From Eledone cirrhosa (lineage: Eukaryota): a DNA stretch of 64,000 nt. The notes below the pieces were generated by a model. The model had not been told where the DNA came from. It did no database searches and was given only the letters and a program-made list of their open reading frames with translations. Of the stretch, positions 37,801 through 50,933 are shown one piece after another. The DNA is taken from the NCBI GenBank assembly GCA_964016885.1, contig OZ024741.1:275900001-275964000 (forward strand), read 5' to 3'. The position numbers and the translations under genes were made by a program. The first letter of the stretch is position 1, and each line of letters begins with the position of its first letter.

Positions 37801-40800
37801 CAGTTGTTGGGGTGCCACTCTAGATGTGCCACTGGTACAGTCAGTTGTTGGGTCCCACTCTAGATGTGCCACTGGTACAGTCAGTTGTTGGTGTGTCACT
37901 CTAGATGTGCCATTGGTACAGTCAGTTGTTGGGGTGTCACTCTAGATGTGCCACTAGTACAACCAGTTGTTGGGGCGTCACTCTAGATGTTCCACTGCTA
38001 CAGTCAGTTGTTGGGGTGCCACTCTAGATGTGCCACTGGTACAGCCAGTTGTTGGGGTACCACTCTAGATGTGCCACTGGTACAGTCAGTTGTTGGGGTG
38101 TCACTCTAGATGTGCCACTAGTACAACCAGTTGTTGGGGTGTCACTCTAGATGTTCCACTGCTACAGTCAGTTGTTGGGGTGCCACTCTAGATGTGCCAC
38201 TGGTACAGCCAGTTGTTGGGGTCTCACTCTAGATGTGCCACTGGTACAACCAGTTGTTGGGGTGTCACTCTAGATGTGCCACTGGTACAGTCAGTTGTTG
38301 GGGTACCACTCTAGATGTGCCACTGGTACAGTCAGTTGTTGGGGTGTCACTCTAGATGTGTCACTGGTATAGTCAGTTGTTGGGTGCCACTATAGATGTG
38401 CCACTGGTACAGCCAGTTGTTGGGGTACCACTCTAGATGTGCCACTGGTACAGTCAGTTGCTGGGGTACCACTCTAGATGTGCCACTGGTACAGTCAGTT
38501 GTTGGGGTCCCACTCTAGATGTGCCACTGGTACAACCAGTTGTTGGGGTGTCACTCTAGATGTGCCACTGGTACAGCCAGTCGTTGCGGTGCCACTCTAG
38601 ATGTGCCACTGGTACAGTCAGTTGTTGGGGTGTCACTCTAGATGTGCCACTAGTACAACCAGTTGTTGGGGTGTCACTCTAGATGTTCCACTGCTACAGT
38701 CAGTTGTTGGGGTGCCACTCTAGATGTGCCACTGGTACAACCAGATGTTGGGATGTCACTCTAGATGTGCCACTGGTACAGCCAGTTGTTGGGATTCCAC
38801 TCTAGATGTGCCACTGGTACAACCAGTTGTTGGGTGTCACTCTAGATGTTCCACTGGTACAGCCAGTTGTTAGGATTCCACTCTAGATGTGCCACTAGTA
38901 CAACCAGTTGTTGGGAGTGCCACTCTAGACGTGCCACTGGTACAGTCAGTTGTTGGGGTGCCACTCTAGATGTGCCACTGGTACAGTCAGTTGTTGGGTC
39001 CCACTCTAGATGTGCCACTGGTACAGTCAGTTGTTGGGGTGCCACTCTAGATGTGCCACTGGTACAGTCAGTTGTTGGGGTGTCACTCTAGATGTGCCAC
39101 TAGTACAACCAGTTGTTGGGGTGCCACTCTAGATGTGCCACTGGTACAGCCAGTTGTTGGGGTACCACTCTAGATGTGCCACTGGTACAGTCAGTTGTTG
39201 GGGTGTCACTCTAGATGTGCCACTGGTACAGTCAGTTGTTGGGGTGTCACTCTAGATGTGCCACTAGTACAACCAGTTGTTGGGGTGTCACTCTAGATGT
39301 TCCACTGCTACAGTCAGTTGTTGGGGTGCCACTCTAGATGTGCCACTGGTACAGCCAGTTGTTGCGGTGTCACTCTAGATGTGCCACTGGTACAGTCAGT
39401 TGTTGGGTCCCACTCTAGATGTGCCACTGGTACAGTCAGTTGTTGGGGTACCACTCTAGATGTGCCACTGGTACAGTCAGTTGTTGGTGTGCCACTCTAG
39501 ATGTGCCACTGGTATAGTCAGTTGTTGGGTGCCACTATAGATGTGCCACTGGTACAGCCAGTTGTTGGGGTACCACTCTAGATGTGCCACTGGTACAGTC
39601 AGTTGCTGGGGTACCACTCTAGATGTGCCACTGGTACAGTCAGTTGTTGGGGTCCCACTCTAGATGTGCCACTGGTACAACCAGTTGTTGGGGTGTCACT
39701 CTAGATGTGCCACTGGTATAGTCAGTTGTTGGGTGCCACTCTAGATGTGCCACTGGTACAGCCAGTTGTTGGGGTACCACTCTAGATGTGCCACTGGTAC
39801 AGTCAGTTGTTGGGATGTCACTCTAGATGTGCCACTGGTACAGTCAGTTGTTGGGGTGTCACTCTAGATGTGCCACTAGTACAACCAGTTGTTGGGGTGT
39901 CACTCTAGATGTTCCACTGCTACAGTCAGTTGTTGGGGTGCCACTCTAGATGTGCCACTGGTACAACCAGTTGTTGGGTGTCACTCTAGATGTTCCACTG
40001 GTACAGCCAGTTGTTAGGATTCCACTCTAGATGTGCCACTAGTACAACCAGTTGTTGGGAGTGCCACTCTAGACGTGCCACTGGTACAGTCATTTGTTGG
40101 GGTGCCACTCTAGATGTGCCACTGGTACAGTCAGTTGTTGGGTCCCACTCTAGATGTGCCACTGGTACAGTCAGTTGTTGGGGTGTCACTCTAGATGTGC
40201 CACTGGTACAGTCAGTTGTTGGGGTGTCACTCTAGATGTGCCACTAGTACAACCAGTTGTTGGGGTGCCACTCTAGATGTGCCACTGGTACAGCCAGTTG
40301 TTGGGGTACCACTCTAGATGTGCCACTGGTACAGTCAGTTGTTGGGGTGTCACTCTAGATGTGCCACTAGTACAACCAGTTGTTGGGGTGTCACTCTAGA
40401 TGTTCCACTGCTACAGTCAGTTGTTGGGGTGCCACTCTAGTTGTGCCACTGGTACAGCCAGTTGTTGGGGTGTCACTCTAGATGTGCCACTGGTACAGTC
40501 AGTTGTTGGGTGCCACTCTAGATGTGCCACTGGTACAGTCAGTTGTTGGGGTACCACTCTAGATGTGCCACTGGTACAGTCAGTTGTTGGGGTGCCACTC
40601 TAGATGTGCCACTGGTACAGTCAGTTGTTGGGGTGTCACTCTAGATGTGTCACTGGTACAGTCAGTTGTTGGGGTGTCACTCTAGATGTGCCACTGGTAC
40701 AACCAGTTGTTGGGGTGTCACTCTAGATGTGCCACTGGTACAGCCAGTCGTTGCGGTGCCACTCTAGATGTGCCACTGGTACAGTCAGTTGTTGGGGTAT

Positions 40801-41407
40801 CACTCTAGATGTGCCACCGGTGCAGCCTGTCGTTGGGGTGCCACTTTAGTTGTGCCACTGGTACAGCCACTCGCCGGGTGTCATTCTAGATGTGCCACTG
40901 GTACAGCCACTGGCTTGGGTGCCACTCAAGATGCACCAGTGATACAATCAGTTGTTGGGGTGCCACTCTAGATGTGCCACTGGTGCAGTTAGTTGTTGGG
41001 GTGCCACTCTAGATGTGTCACTGGTGCTGCCTGTCGTTGGGGTTCCACTCTAGATGTGCCACTGGTGCAGCCAGTCGTTGGGGTTTCACTCAAGATGTCC
41101 CACTGGTGCAGTTAGTTGTTGGGGTGCCACTCTAGATGAACCAGTGGTACAGTCAGTTGTTGGGGTGCCACTCTAGATGTGCCACTGGTGCAGTTAGTTG
41201 TTGGGGTCCCATTCTAGATGTGCCCCTGGTACAGTCAGTTGTTGGGATGCCACTCTAGATGTGCCACTGGTACAGCCACCCTAGATGTGTCACTTGTGCA
41301 GCCACTCGCTGGGGTGCCACTCTAGATGTGCCACAGGTACAGCCAGTCATTGGGGTTCCACTTTAGATGTGCCACTGGTGCAGTCATTGTTGGGGTCCCA
41401 CTCTAGA
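31850..41407. repeat. 41-bp satellite, ~9.5 kb and ~230 units, with higher-order repeats
   Basis: Unit ctctagatgtgccactggtacagtcagttgttggggtgtca with 40-bp variants; divergent edges. Confidence 0.98.
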
Positions 41408-41749
41408 CACTTTCATAGTCAGCTATCACCACAGGTCTCTATTCTCTGTCATGTATAGGAGGATCTCGTTGTTGTGACCAGTCCCGTCATAAATAAAACA
41501 CATCTGCATTATTCCAAGTTTGAGGTATAACCTAAGGTTTAACTTAACTCTTTAGCATTTACATTATTCTATATTTACAATTATAATTTCACGGTTAAGA
41601 CTTTTCCTCACATAATTATCTCACATAATGTCGATTTAAATGCTAAAGGGTTAAGCCGACTTTTTCCATTTAACTGTGTTCTATATTCCCATTAAATTTA
41701 TAAAATGATTTATTTATTGGCATGATACATTGTGGTGTCATTGATATAT

Positions 41750-41769
41750 TTTTTTCTCTATCTTTTCAG
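41750..41769 (+). promoter_or_regulatory. Splice acceptor upstream of the long ORF
   Basis: tttttctctatcttttcag|G; would give ~346 nt of 5' UTR in the same exon as the ATG at 42116. Confidence 0.6.
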
Positions 41770-42115
41770 GTGAATTAAAACTTTGAAACCTTGTAATTGA
41801 TTTAATGACAAATGGAGCTTTCTAACCTATGAAGCCTTGTCAACCAAAACTGATACAATACATTAAGTAGCTCTGCTTGGACGAAAAACAAACATCTGAC
41901 CAGACAAATAAAAGGTCAGTGGATTTAACTAGGAACAAAACTGAGACAATATAATTATATATAAAAGGTCTTCTTGGGTTTTAGCAGAAGCTAAACCTGG
42001 AAAACTTGAAGAAATTACAGCATAAAATATTAAGGAAAGTGAAAATGACCCGTATTGAAGACATTCGTTGTTTTGTATGTAATAGCTGGTATAAGTAGAA
42101 AAACAAACTGCAACC

Positions 42116-45100
42116 ATGTCGTACGCTTGGGGTGATGACGAGGGCTGGAAACAACTCCAAAGGAAAGAAACAAGGAATACTAGTGGCAGATGGGGCAGAC
42201 ATTACAACAGTGATTCAGTGAATGGACATTTTAGAGAAAGATTGACTAGAAAAGAACAATATGATACCTGGGGATCTGGATATGGATTTGATGATGATGA
42301 TGAACAGCAGCGATGCCAACAACAACAACAGTACCACCAACAGCAGCAGCAGCGTCACAGTCACAGACGAAGTCAGAGGAAGAGAAATGAGAAGCATGGA
42401 AGTATATCATCTCTTCCTATTTTGCCATCTTCATCATTACGAAGTATCTTGAAATCATCTTCTTCAACTGAACACCTAATCCGTAGTGATTACTTAGACA
42501 AAAGAAGTCGAATCGAAGATGAGGTAGGAGCTGTCCCACCAGGGGTAAAGGTTTATTGGATGAGGGATCAGCAATTACGAAAAAGTCTCAAACAAGGCAA
42601 GAAAGTTCAATTTAATGAAAACTCTAAAGCCAATAAAAGACACAACCAACAATATATACGTAGATGTAATGATATTATTTCTGATGGCGAAGAAAGTGAA
42701 TTAGGATCTATTTTCCGCAGTGATGAAGAAACATATTGTCAGAAACGACCAGTCACACCAGTTTTCAAAAGAAATGTTAAAACTTTATCAAATGGAACAG
42801 GGAGGTCCCATTGCAGAGATTTGCGTAATAGTTTCAAAGCCCATAATGATACCAATAGCAGTCACAGAAACAATGTCCCTTCACAGAGAAAGGATCATGT
42901 ACGTACACAGCAAGATTTCAGTCATCCAACTAAGTCCTCACAACAGGAAAAATGTCCGTTCACACGAAGCTATACAATGGCAGCTGCTGAAACAAATGAA
43001 GATGTCATCCAGTTTAATGCTCTCCGTCGTAAAAGCATACACAACATCAATTCTTTTGCTCGTAGCTCTGCCAGATGTTCCCAACGCAGCAACTTTGGAA
43101 ACAGATCATCTCAATGCAGGCGGGCCACTCTTGTTGATCCCCGAGCTAGCTTCCATAACTTCCCCCATCCAACTACATCAAACCATGTTCATCTGCAACA
43201 GATATTGAACCCTAGCAGTTATGATTTTGATCCTTATGATGAACAGCTACAGGTTCCTGTTCGTTCTTGCAGGCAACGATCTTCCAGCCGTAATTTTCAC
43301 AACAATAGAAGCTTCAATAACAACATCAACCACTGTTACTCTCAAAAACCTCATTACGTGGAAGATAGAGATGAGAAAACAGTTTCAGATGGAAATCAGA
43401 ATAATTCTTCATTTCAAAGATCATTCTCAACAAGAGAGTATGGATCAAGGGAAGGTAGAGATCAGAATAATCACAACAGGAGTATGCGACGAAGAAATAG
43501 CAAACTACAGGTTCATTTGACTGATGTTACACAACTATCCAATGATGAAAGTGTTTCTAATAGACACAAAGAAGCATCTAACCCCAAAGTTTTACACGGT
43601 TCCATGCGAAGAAAGTCAGTGTTTAACATGTTACCAAACTCTGTCCCTGGAAACTCTCAGATTATATTTGAAGAAGACAACCCTGAAACAACAGAGGATC
43701 AACACATTTTTGCTACAGAAAACAATAACATCAGTAACAACAGTAACATGAGTAGTATGATCAATGCTAATAGTGGTATAAATATCAATGTTAATAATAA
43801 TGGCTTTAGTGATCGTGGTGTTGGAGAGTGTAACAGAAATATCAACCAGCCTCCATTTGTACATGTTATGACACCAACTCAAGCCAGTAACAGTGAAGCA
43901 AAAACAACAGAGGAACAGCTCCCTTATTGCCCCTTTTCAAGATCGGTAACCTCAACCAGAAATGAAGATTCCGTCAATGCAGCCGAGATGGTACCTGTTG
44001 TGGGTGGAGAGCGTAATGGATGGTCATCTCTTGCCAGACCATTGGCACAAGAGGCTGTAGCTGCTGCTTTACGTCGTTCAGCAAGACAACAAAGAAACAG
44101 CAAGTATTTATCTGTTAAATCTGAAGTCAGCAGTTCGTTGAAGAGTTCAGACGCCACTTCTGAATGTCAGGTACGACAACGGAAACCTCTTTCCCAAAAC
44201 GTAGGAAACACAGACAGCTCAGCTTCTGTTCCAGAACTGCAAACACCACAGATTAGTTATCAGCACCATGTTTCTCCATATGCATCTCCATATGCATCTC
44301 CATATGCATCTCCATCTCCAGATCAATCCAGATCCTTTAATGAATTTACTCAAAACCAACAAGAACCAATCCGTTTTGATATACCTACATTTCAGGAAAG
44401 TACTTTACTGAAGACCCCCACCTACCGTCCTTTACCACCAATACCATCAATGGCTCCACTTCAGTCTTTAACAGAGATGTTTCCTCCTGTTGAAGAGAAT
44501 GTCCCATTACCTCAGTTTCCACCTTTAAATTCTAACTACAACTTGCCCCTTGGTGTTGTCAAACCACAACCTGTAGTTTTATCTCCACTGCAGTTCCCAC
44601 CTGATCTCCTTCCAAAACCAGTTCGACAATTGGAGGTAAACCCTCATTCTGACTCAAACGAAGGCCCTACTCTAGCTAGAGATGCTAATGTAGAGGAGTC
44701 AAAGGAGACAGACATACCAAAAACTGTCATCTGTAAGGATGGAAAAGAGAAACCGAAAAATGATAAGAAAGACCGAAAGAAGAAGAAAAAGAGGAAAAAG
44801 AAAAGGAAAGACAAGAAGAAGAAAGAGGAAGAAGAGAAGAAAAATAATGAAGATAAGAAGAAGGAGAAGGAAAAGTCAAATGAGGAAAAAGAGAAGAAAA
44901 AGACAAATATTAAGAATAAAAAGACTAATGCAAAGAAAGATGTCAAAAATGAACCCAAGTTAGAGATAGGAGACAGTGACTGCACTGATGCCTTTGAAAC
45001 ACCACCATCTTCTTTGAGAGAGACAAAAAGTACAGTAAGTAAGGTGAATAAGTCAGAAGGTAAAGAGGTAAAGGTGAAGAAACAGAGGAAACATCCTAAA

Positions 45101-45691
45101 GAAAGAAAGGATTTGGTGAAGAAATCAGCTGGTAGTAAAACTGAGCGACAGGGAAAGAATTGTGCTGATGAAGGTAATTCTTGTGACGGTCATGAGAATA
45201 AGCTAGACGACACCCGAGGTCGCAGTTTTAGTCGTCTTACTCGTAAGATATCTCACCGTGTCCGCTCTTGGAGTAAAGAACTTGGACGGCTTTTGAACTT
45301 CAAAGTGGAAAGGTCGCCAAGTCCAGGAAAAAATGTCAATGATGCCAAAGAAAATTCCAGTAATGGCAACAAACAGAATGCCAAACAGAATGCCAAACAG
45401 AATGCCAAACAGAATGCCAAACAGAATGCCAAGAAGCCAGCAAGTATACAGAAGTCTTTGAGTGATATTTCCAACACTGAAGATGACATAGGCAATCTGG
45501 ACATTGAATTATCTAAAGTCAATAATGGTGATTGTGATGATGACAATGAGGATGATGATGACTTGAATTTCTGCGATGAAGGTAAAACAACTCAAATTAT
45601 CAACTGGCTCCATGAAATGTATTCCACAAACCCGACAGACTCGAGAATATCTTCAGTCATGGCTGCTACAACGATTGCTACACAGTTTTAG
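42116..45691 (+). CDS. 1191-aa intrinsically disordered protein in a single coding exon; possible PP1-interacting protein
   Basis: 3.6-kb uninterrupted, mostly non-repetitive ORF; accATG context; S/R/N-rich, Pro-rich and Lys/Glu-rich segments; SILK and KKVQF motifs; no recognisable folded domain. Confidence 0.88.
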   Translation: MSYAWGDDEGWKQLQRKETRNTSGRWGRHYNSDSVNGHFRERLTRKEQYDTWGSGYGFDDDDEQQRCQQQQQYHQQQQQRHSHRRSQRKRNEKHGSISSLPILPSSSLRSILKSSSSTEHLIRSDYLDKRSRIEDEVGAVPPGVKVYWMRDQQLRKSLKQGKKVQFNENSKANKRHNQQYIRRCNDIISDGEESELGSIFRSDEETYCQKRPVTPVFKRNVKTLSNGTGRSHCRDLRNSFKAHNDTNSSHRNNVPSQRKDHVRTQQDFSHPTKSSQQEKCPFTRSYTMAAAETNEDVIQFNALRRKSIHNINSFARSSARCSQRSNFGNRSSQCRRATLVDPRASFHNFPHPTTSNHVHLQQILNPSSYDFDPYDEQLQVPVRSCRQRSSSRNFHNNRSFNNNINHCYSQKPHYVEDRDEKTVSDGNQNNSSFQRSFSTREYGSREGRDQNNHNRSMRRRNSKLQVHLTDVTQLSNDESVSNRHKEASNPKVLHGSMRRKSVFNMLPNSVPGNSQIIFEEDNPETTEDQHIFATENNNISNNSNMSSMINANSGININVNNNGFSDRGVGECNRNINQPPFVHVMTPTQASNSEAKTTEEQLPYCPFSRSVTSTRNEDSVNAAEMVPVVGGERNGWSSLARPLAQEAVAAALRRSARQQRNSKYLSVKSEVSSSLKSSDATSECQVRQRKPLSQNVGNTDSSASVPELQTPQISYQHHVSPYASPYASPYASPSPDQSRSFNEFTQNQQEPIRFDIPTFQESTLLKTPTYRPLPPIPSMAPLQSLTEMFPPVEENVPLPQFPPLNSNYNLPLGVVKPQPVVLSPLQFPPDLLPKPVRQLEVNPHSDSNEGPTLARDANVEESKETDIPKTVICKDGKEKPKNDKKDRKKKKKRKKKRKDKKKKEEEEKKNNEDKKKEKEKSNEEKEKKKTNIKNKKTNAKKDVKNEPKLEIGDSDCTDAFETPPSSLRETKSTVSKVNKSEGKEVKVKKQRKHPKERKDLVKKSAGSKTERQGKNCADEGNSCDGHENKLDDTRGRSFSRLTRKISHRVRSWSKELGRLLNFKVERSPSPGKNVNDAKENSSNGNKQNAKQNAKQNAKQNAKQNAKKPASIQKSLSDISNTEDDIGNLDIELSKVNNGDCDDDNEDDDDLNFCDEGKTTQIINWLHEMYSTNPTDSRISSVMAATTIATQF

Positions 45692-45792
45692 ATCGACCAT
45701 TTGGAAGATGTGAAAGAGAAAACAATATAAGAACAATAATAATGATAAAAATGGTTTCTGATTTAGGCACAAGGGGCCAACAATAATAAGCA

Positions 45793-45922
45793 GTGAGTTG
45801 GCAGAACCGTTAGAGCATTGGATCAAATGCTTTGCACTAAAGTCAAATCAAGCCAAGGTTAACTTTGCCTTTTATCCTTTCAGGGTAGATAAATAAAGTA
45901 CCAGTCCATTACTGGGGTCGAT
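45793..45922 (+). mobile_element. Degenerate Nin/Deu-like SINE
   Basis: aggttaactttgccttttatcctttcagggtagataaataaagtaccag. Confidence 0.7.
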
Positions 45923-46556
45923 TCTTCTTCTCTTTCTTTCAAACACACACTCTCCTCTCTCTCCTTGGAAGAAATTGGCTGTCATCAGACCTTCGATGCT
46001 CTGCCACATTATAAAACTGCCGAAGACAGTAATTGAGGTTCCATGGTAATAATAACAGTATGATATAGACTAAGATAGTTGTGTGGTTAAGGAGAATACT
46101 TCGCAACTATTTGGTCTTGGATTTGCTCCCACTGTGCAGAGAATCTTCAGCAAGTGTCTACTGTAGCCTTGGCTTGACCAATGCCTTGCAAGTGAAATCT
46201 GGCATACGGAAGCTGTGTGGAAGCTCGTCATATATTTTCTTCCCCTTCTAAGGTCGATAAAATAATAAACACCACTCTAATTATTGAGGTTTATATAACT
46301 AACTCAAATCCTTGAAGTATGGCCAAATTCCTGAGATTGAAATCAGTAAAGGAATAAAAGAATATGGCTCCAATGACTGAAAGAAGAGCTACAACTGTAA
46401 AAAAAAAGAAAAAAGGAAAAAAAAGGAGAAAAAGAAATAGAAACATTGTAATTCTGTGGTGAGATGTTTATTTGCAAATTATTATTATTACTTTTTTGTG
46501 CAATTCTACCCAATTGGAAATTAATGAGGTAGAATTCTAAGTATTTAAACCAAATT

Positions 46557-47000
46557 CTCAATAGTACAGATGTAATGAACAAGAATACAGATGTGATGAA
46601 CAATAGTGCATATTTGATGATCAAGAATAGAGATGTGATGATCAATAGTACAGATGTGATGAACAATAGTACAGATGTGATGATCAAGAATACAGATGTG
46701 ATGATCAAGAATACAGATGTGATGAACAAGAATACAGATGTGATAATCAAGAATACAGATGTGATGATCAAGAATACAGATGTGATGAACAAGAATACAG
46801 ATGTGATGATCAAGAATACAGATGTGATGATCAAGAATACAGATGTGATGAACAATAGTACATATGTGATGATCAAGAATAGAGATGTGATGATCAATAG
46901 TACAGATGTGATGAACAATAGTACAGATGTGATGAACAAGAATGCAGATGTGATGATCAAGAATACAGATGTGATGATCAAGAATATAGATGTGATGAAC
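46557..47000. repeat. 21-bp minisatellite (gatgtgatgatcaagaataca)
   Basis: Direct inspection. Confidence 0.95.
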
Positions 47001-47454
47001 ATTATAACCAAGAGAATCTATCTCAATTAATGAGCATTTCATCTCCATTTCACAACAAAAGTAAAATCAGAAGATGTGAGATATTACATGCAGAGGTTTA
47101 CAAGATGCTAAGATATGGAACTCATTTTCTTAGCTCCAAATCCTCAGATTTTTTGTAGCCTATGGTTCTTGCTATTGTCTACGTTGTTGTTGTTTAGCCT
47201 TGAGTCAGTCCTGATTGAATAGACCTATGATTACTTACATTCCATCAATGACCATGCCACCTCTTTAAGACTGCATTGGCTAATGTGCTTGTTTTCTTTT
47301 TCTTACAAGAGCAAGAAGTGGTTTCAAGGAAATTTGACTGCTATTTCTAGTGGATGAATCGATCACATAGTTTGTTCCCATTGATACATTGTTGTCATCT
47401 CTGTTGATGTTTCTTTTGTAAACAATATTCATGTTATTTTTGTTGTTAAAAACA

Positions 47455-47920
47455 AGGCTGTAAATGCCTTAAATGGTATCCTGCCATACATAATATGGCA
47501 GTGAACATCTTAAATGGTATCCTGTCATACAAAATAAGGCAGTGACTGCCTTAAATGGTATCCGCTCATACAAAATAAGGAGATGAGTGCTTGAAATGGT
47601 ATCCTGCCATACAAAATAAGATAGTTAATGCCATACAAAATAAGGCAGTGACTGCCTTAAATGGTATCCTCTCATACAAAATAAAGAGATGAGTGCTTGA
47701 AATGGTATCCTGCCATACAAAATAAGTCAGTGAGTGCCTTAAAGGGTATCCTGCCATACAAAATAAGGCGGTGAATGATAGAAATGGTATCCTGTCATAT
47801 AAAATAAGGCAGTGAGTAACTGAAATGGTATCCTGCCATACAGAATAAGGTGATGAATGAAAGGAATGGCATCCTGTCATGCAAAATAAAACAGTGAGTA
47901 CCTGAAGTGGTATCCTGCTA
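47455..47920. repeat. ~43-bp minisatellite (aaatggtatcctgccatacaaaataaggcagtgagtgcctt-like)
   Basis: About 10 divergent units. Confidence 0.9.
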
Positions 47921-49050
47921 CACAAAAAGCCCAAGTCATTCACTGGTCCAGACACCAAATATGTGGCCATAAGACAATGCTAGAGACTACTTGGTGTTGT
48001 TGTTGTCATTGATGTTATTCCTTCCATTATTGTTGTTGTTATTGATGCGGTTATTATTATTATTTTTTATTGTTGCTGTTTAGCCCCAGGTCAGTTCTAA
48101 TTAAGCAGACCTATGATCAAACAAACAAACAATTATGTTCAGCCTTGACTATCTTTTTTTTAATATATATATATATATTTTGTTTTGTCAGGCATAGTGT
48201 ATCTGGGTATATATTATCCAATGTGTTTTCTCCATATTTCTAGCAGGGAAACAACCAATGGAGAGGCTCCCTTGTTCTTACTGCTGTTATTGATGCTGCT
48301 ACTGATGTTGCTGTTGTTGTTGTTATTGTTGTTGTTATTGTTGTACAGCAGCACTCAGCTGTGGTTGAAACAGTCTAATGACATAAGAGCTGTTAACCAA
48401 ACGTTAGATACACCATGGTGAATAACACAATTGAAATCCTACCCAGGTATGGCCACCATCCATGACAATCAACCCTGAAATATATTATTATCTGGGTATT
48501 TGTGCTATCAACCTCTTTATCCTTATCTCAGGTATGGCTAAATGGTAAAGAAGTTTACTTTGCTGTAACGAGGTCATGGGTTTAGTCCCATTGAACAAGT
48601 ATCTTTTACCATAACCACAAGATGATCCAGGACTTATGAGTGAGAGAGACAAAGTAAACAAGAACTGTGTGGAAGCCCATCATATGTAGGTCCAGTCTTG
48701 TCACACACTCTGTCATGCTGATATTATGCTTGAGAAGGGTACATATGACAGTGGAATACTCAGCCACTTTGCTCTTTAAATCAATGAACAATTCACTCAG
48801 CTAACTGAACAACTCAAGCACTCATCCACAGTTCATAAAAGGAGAGTCTATTAAATCTTAACCCTTTCAATGCCAAAACTGCCTCTGGTTCCCTGTAACT
48901 AAACCATCCATTTAAAAAGTGCCTATTTGAATTTAAATTCTCCAATATAATTTTATCCAAAAACCCTGTTGTTACATTACAAATACCATCTTAAAACCAA
49001 AATGATTTTCATAAATCCCTCTAAATTCATATATATATGTAAGTATATAC

Positions 49051-49133
<83 letters not shown>

Positions 49134-49674
49134 TGTGTGTGTGTGTGCGTGTGTGTGTGCAGGCATGTCTGTATGGTTAAAGTGTTCACTTCACAACTAT
49201 ACCTAATCTTTGCTACCACTATGTGAACCCATCTTCTACTATAGTCTTGGGTTAGCCTATGCCTTGTGAGAGAAATTTGGGAGAAAGAATGAGTAGAAAC
49301 CTGTCACACACACACATATGTGTGTCTATCTGTGTTTAAATCCTTAATTTAGCAGTACATCAAAAAGAGCCTGATAAAATATAACACTTGACAAAATAAG
49401 TACTGGGGTCAATATGATTGACTAAATCCTTTTAAAGAAGGGCCTCAGCATGACTGAAACAAGTAAAAGAATAAACGAACAATAATATATTGTTAGTAAA
49501 CTAGACTGATCTTGTTCAAACCAGTCTAATCCAGTCTATCCAGACCAATCCAGATCAGTCTAGCCTAAACCAGTTTGTCTGAGATCCAGTCAGTCTCAAT
49601 CTATTAGTGTATTATTAATAACTCCTTAACCTTTATTTGGTAAAGACCAATGTGGTGTATATGTCAGATTACTG

Positions 49675-50750
49675 ACAGCATTGGTCATATGATACACCAC
49701 AGAGGTTGTATCACTGATAGTATTAGTCACATGACATACCACAGAGGTATCAGACAGTATTGGTCACATGATTTATAATGCTAGTCACATGACACACCTC
49801 AGGTTGTGTCACAGACAACATTGGTCACCTGACTTACAATGTTAGTCGCATGACATACCACAGAGTTTGTGTCACAGACAGAATTGGTCACATGATTTAC
49901 AATGCTAGTCACGTGACTTACAATATTAGTCACATAAAATACCACAGAAGTTGTGTCACAGACAGTATTAATCACATGACTTACAATGCTAGTCACATGA
50001 CACACCATAGAGGTTGTGTCACAGACAGTATTAATCACATGACTTACAATGCTAGTCACATGACACACCATAGAGGTTGTGTCACAGACTATTAATCACA
50101 TGACTTACATTGCTAGTCACATGACCTACAAGGCTAGTCACACGATATTGGCCTGGGATTCAGTGGAGTGTTTAAATATTTACTGCACGCCACTTCAAAA
50201 AGATCCTTTCATGCCCACTTGATATTTGAAAGGAGTTCTCTCCCCTTCACATTTCCTAGGGTCTGAAAACAGTTTTGTTCTACATTTCTCCCAGTTACAC
50301 TGATCATATGACTGACAAACTGGTCACATGGGTGACATTGCAGATCACATGACTTACACCTGGTCATATAATGTAGCAGATATTGTGAGACAGGCAATAG
50401 AGGTCACATGGGTGACAAACTGGTCACATTAGTAACAATACTGATCACATGACTTACAACATTGGTCACATGTCAAATATAAATAGTTTAACCACTGACA
50501 GTGTTGTTTGCATTACAGATAACAGTGATCACATGACTGATAAAATTGGTCACATGAATGATAAAAGTGATCACATGACTGATAAAAGTGATCACATGTC
50601 TGATAAAATTGGTCACATGAATGATAAAAGTGATCACATGACGGATAAAAGAGGTCACATGACTGATAAAAGAGGTCACATGACTGATAGAAGAGGTCAC
50701 ATGACTGATAAAAGTGATCACATGACTGATAAAAGAGGTCACATGACAAT
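49675..50750. repeat. gtcacatga-core minisatellites (21-bp unit and a ~57-bp composite unit)
   Basis: Blocks at 49675-50143 and 50295-50750. Confidence 0.85.
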
Positions 50751-50811
50751 CATTTAGAATCACACAATGAATGAGGAAAACCTGATTCTCTTCACAAATT
50801 GTAGCCAGGGT

Positions 50812-50886
50812 GGGGATGATGATTATGATGATGTGATGATGATGATGATGTGATGATGGTGATGGGAATGATGATGATGATGATGT

Positions 50887-50933
<47 letters not shown>

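Noticed and set aside
31850-41407. CRISPR-like appearance of the 41-bp array
   Set aside because: Units are contiguous with no unique spacers and no cas genes; the context is eukaryotic.
30745-50750. Minisatellite periods near multiples of the helical repeat (21, 21, 21, 41, 43 bp)
   Set aside because: Too few arrays, and others (47, 60 bp) fit poorly; could be coincidence.
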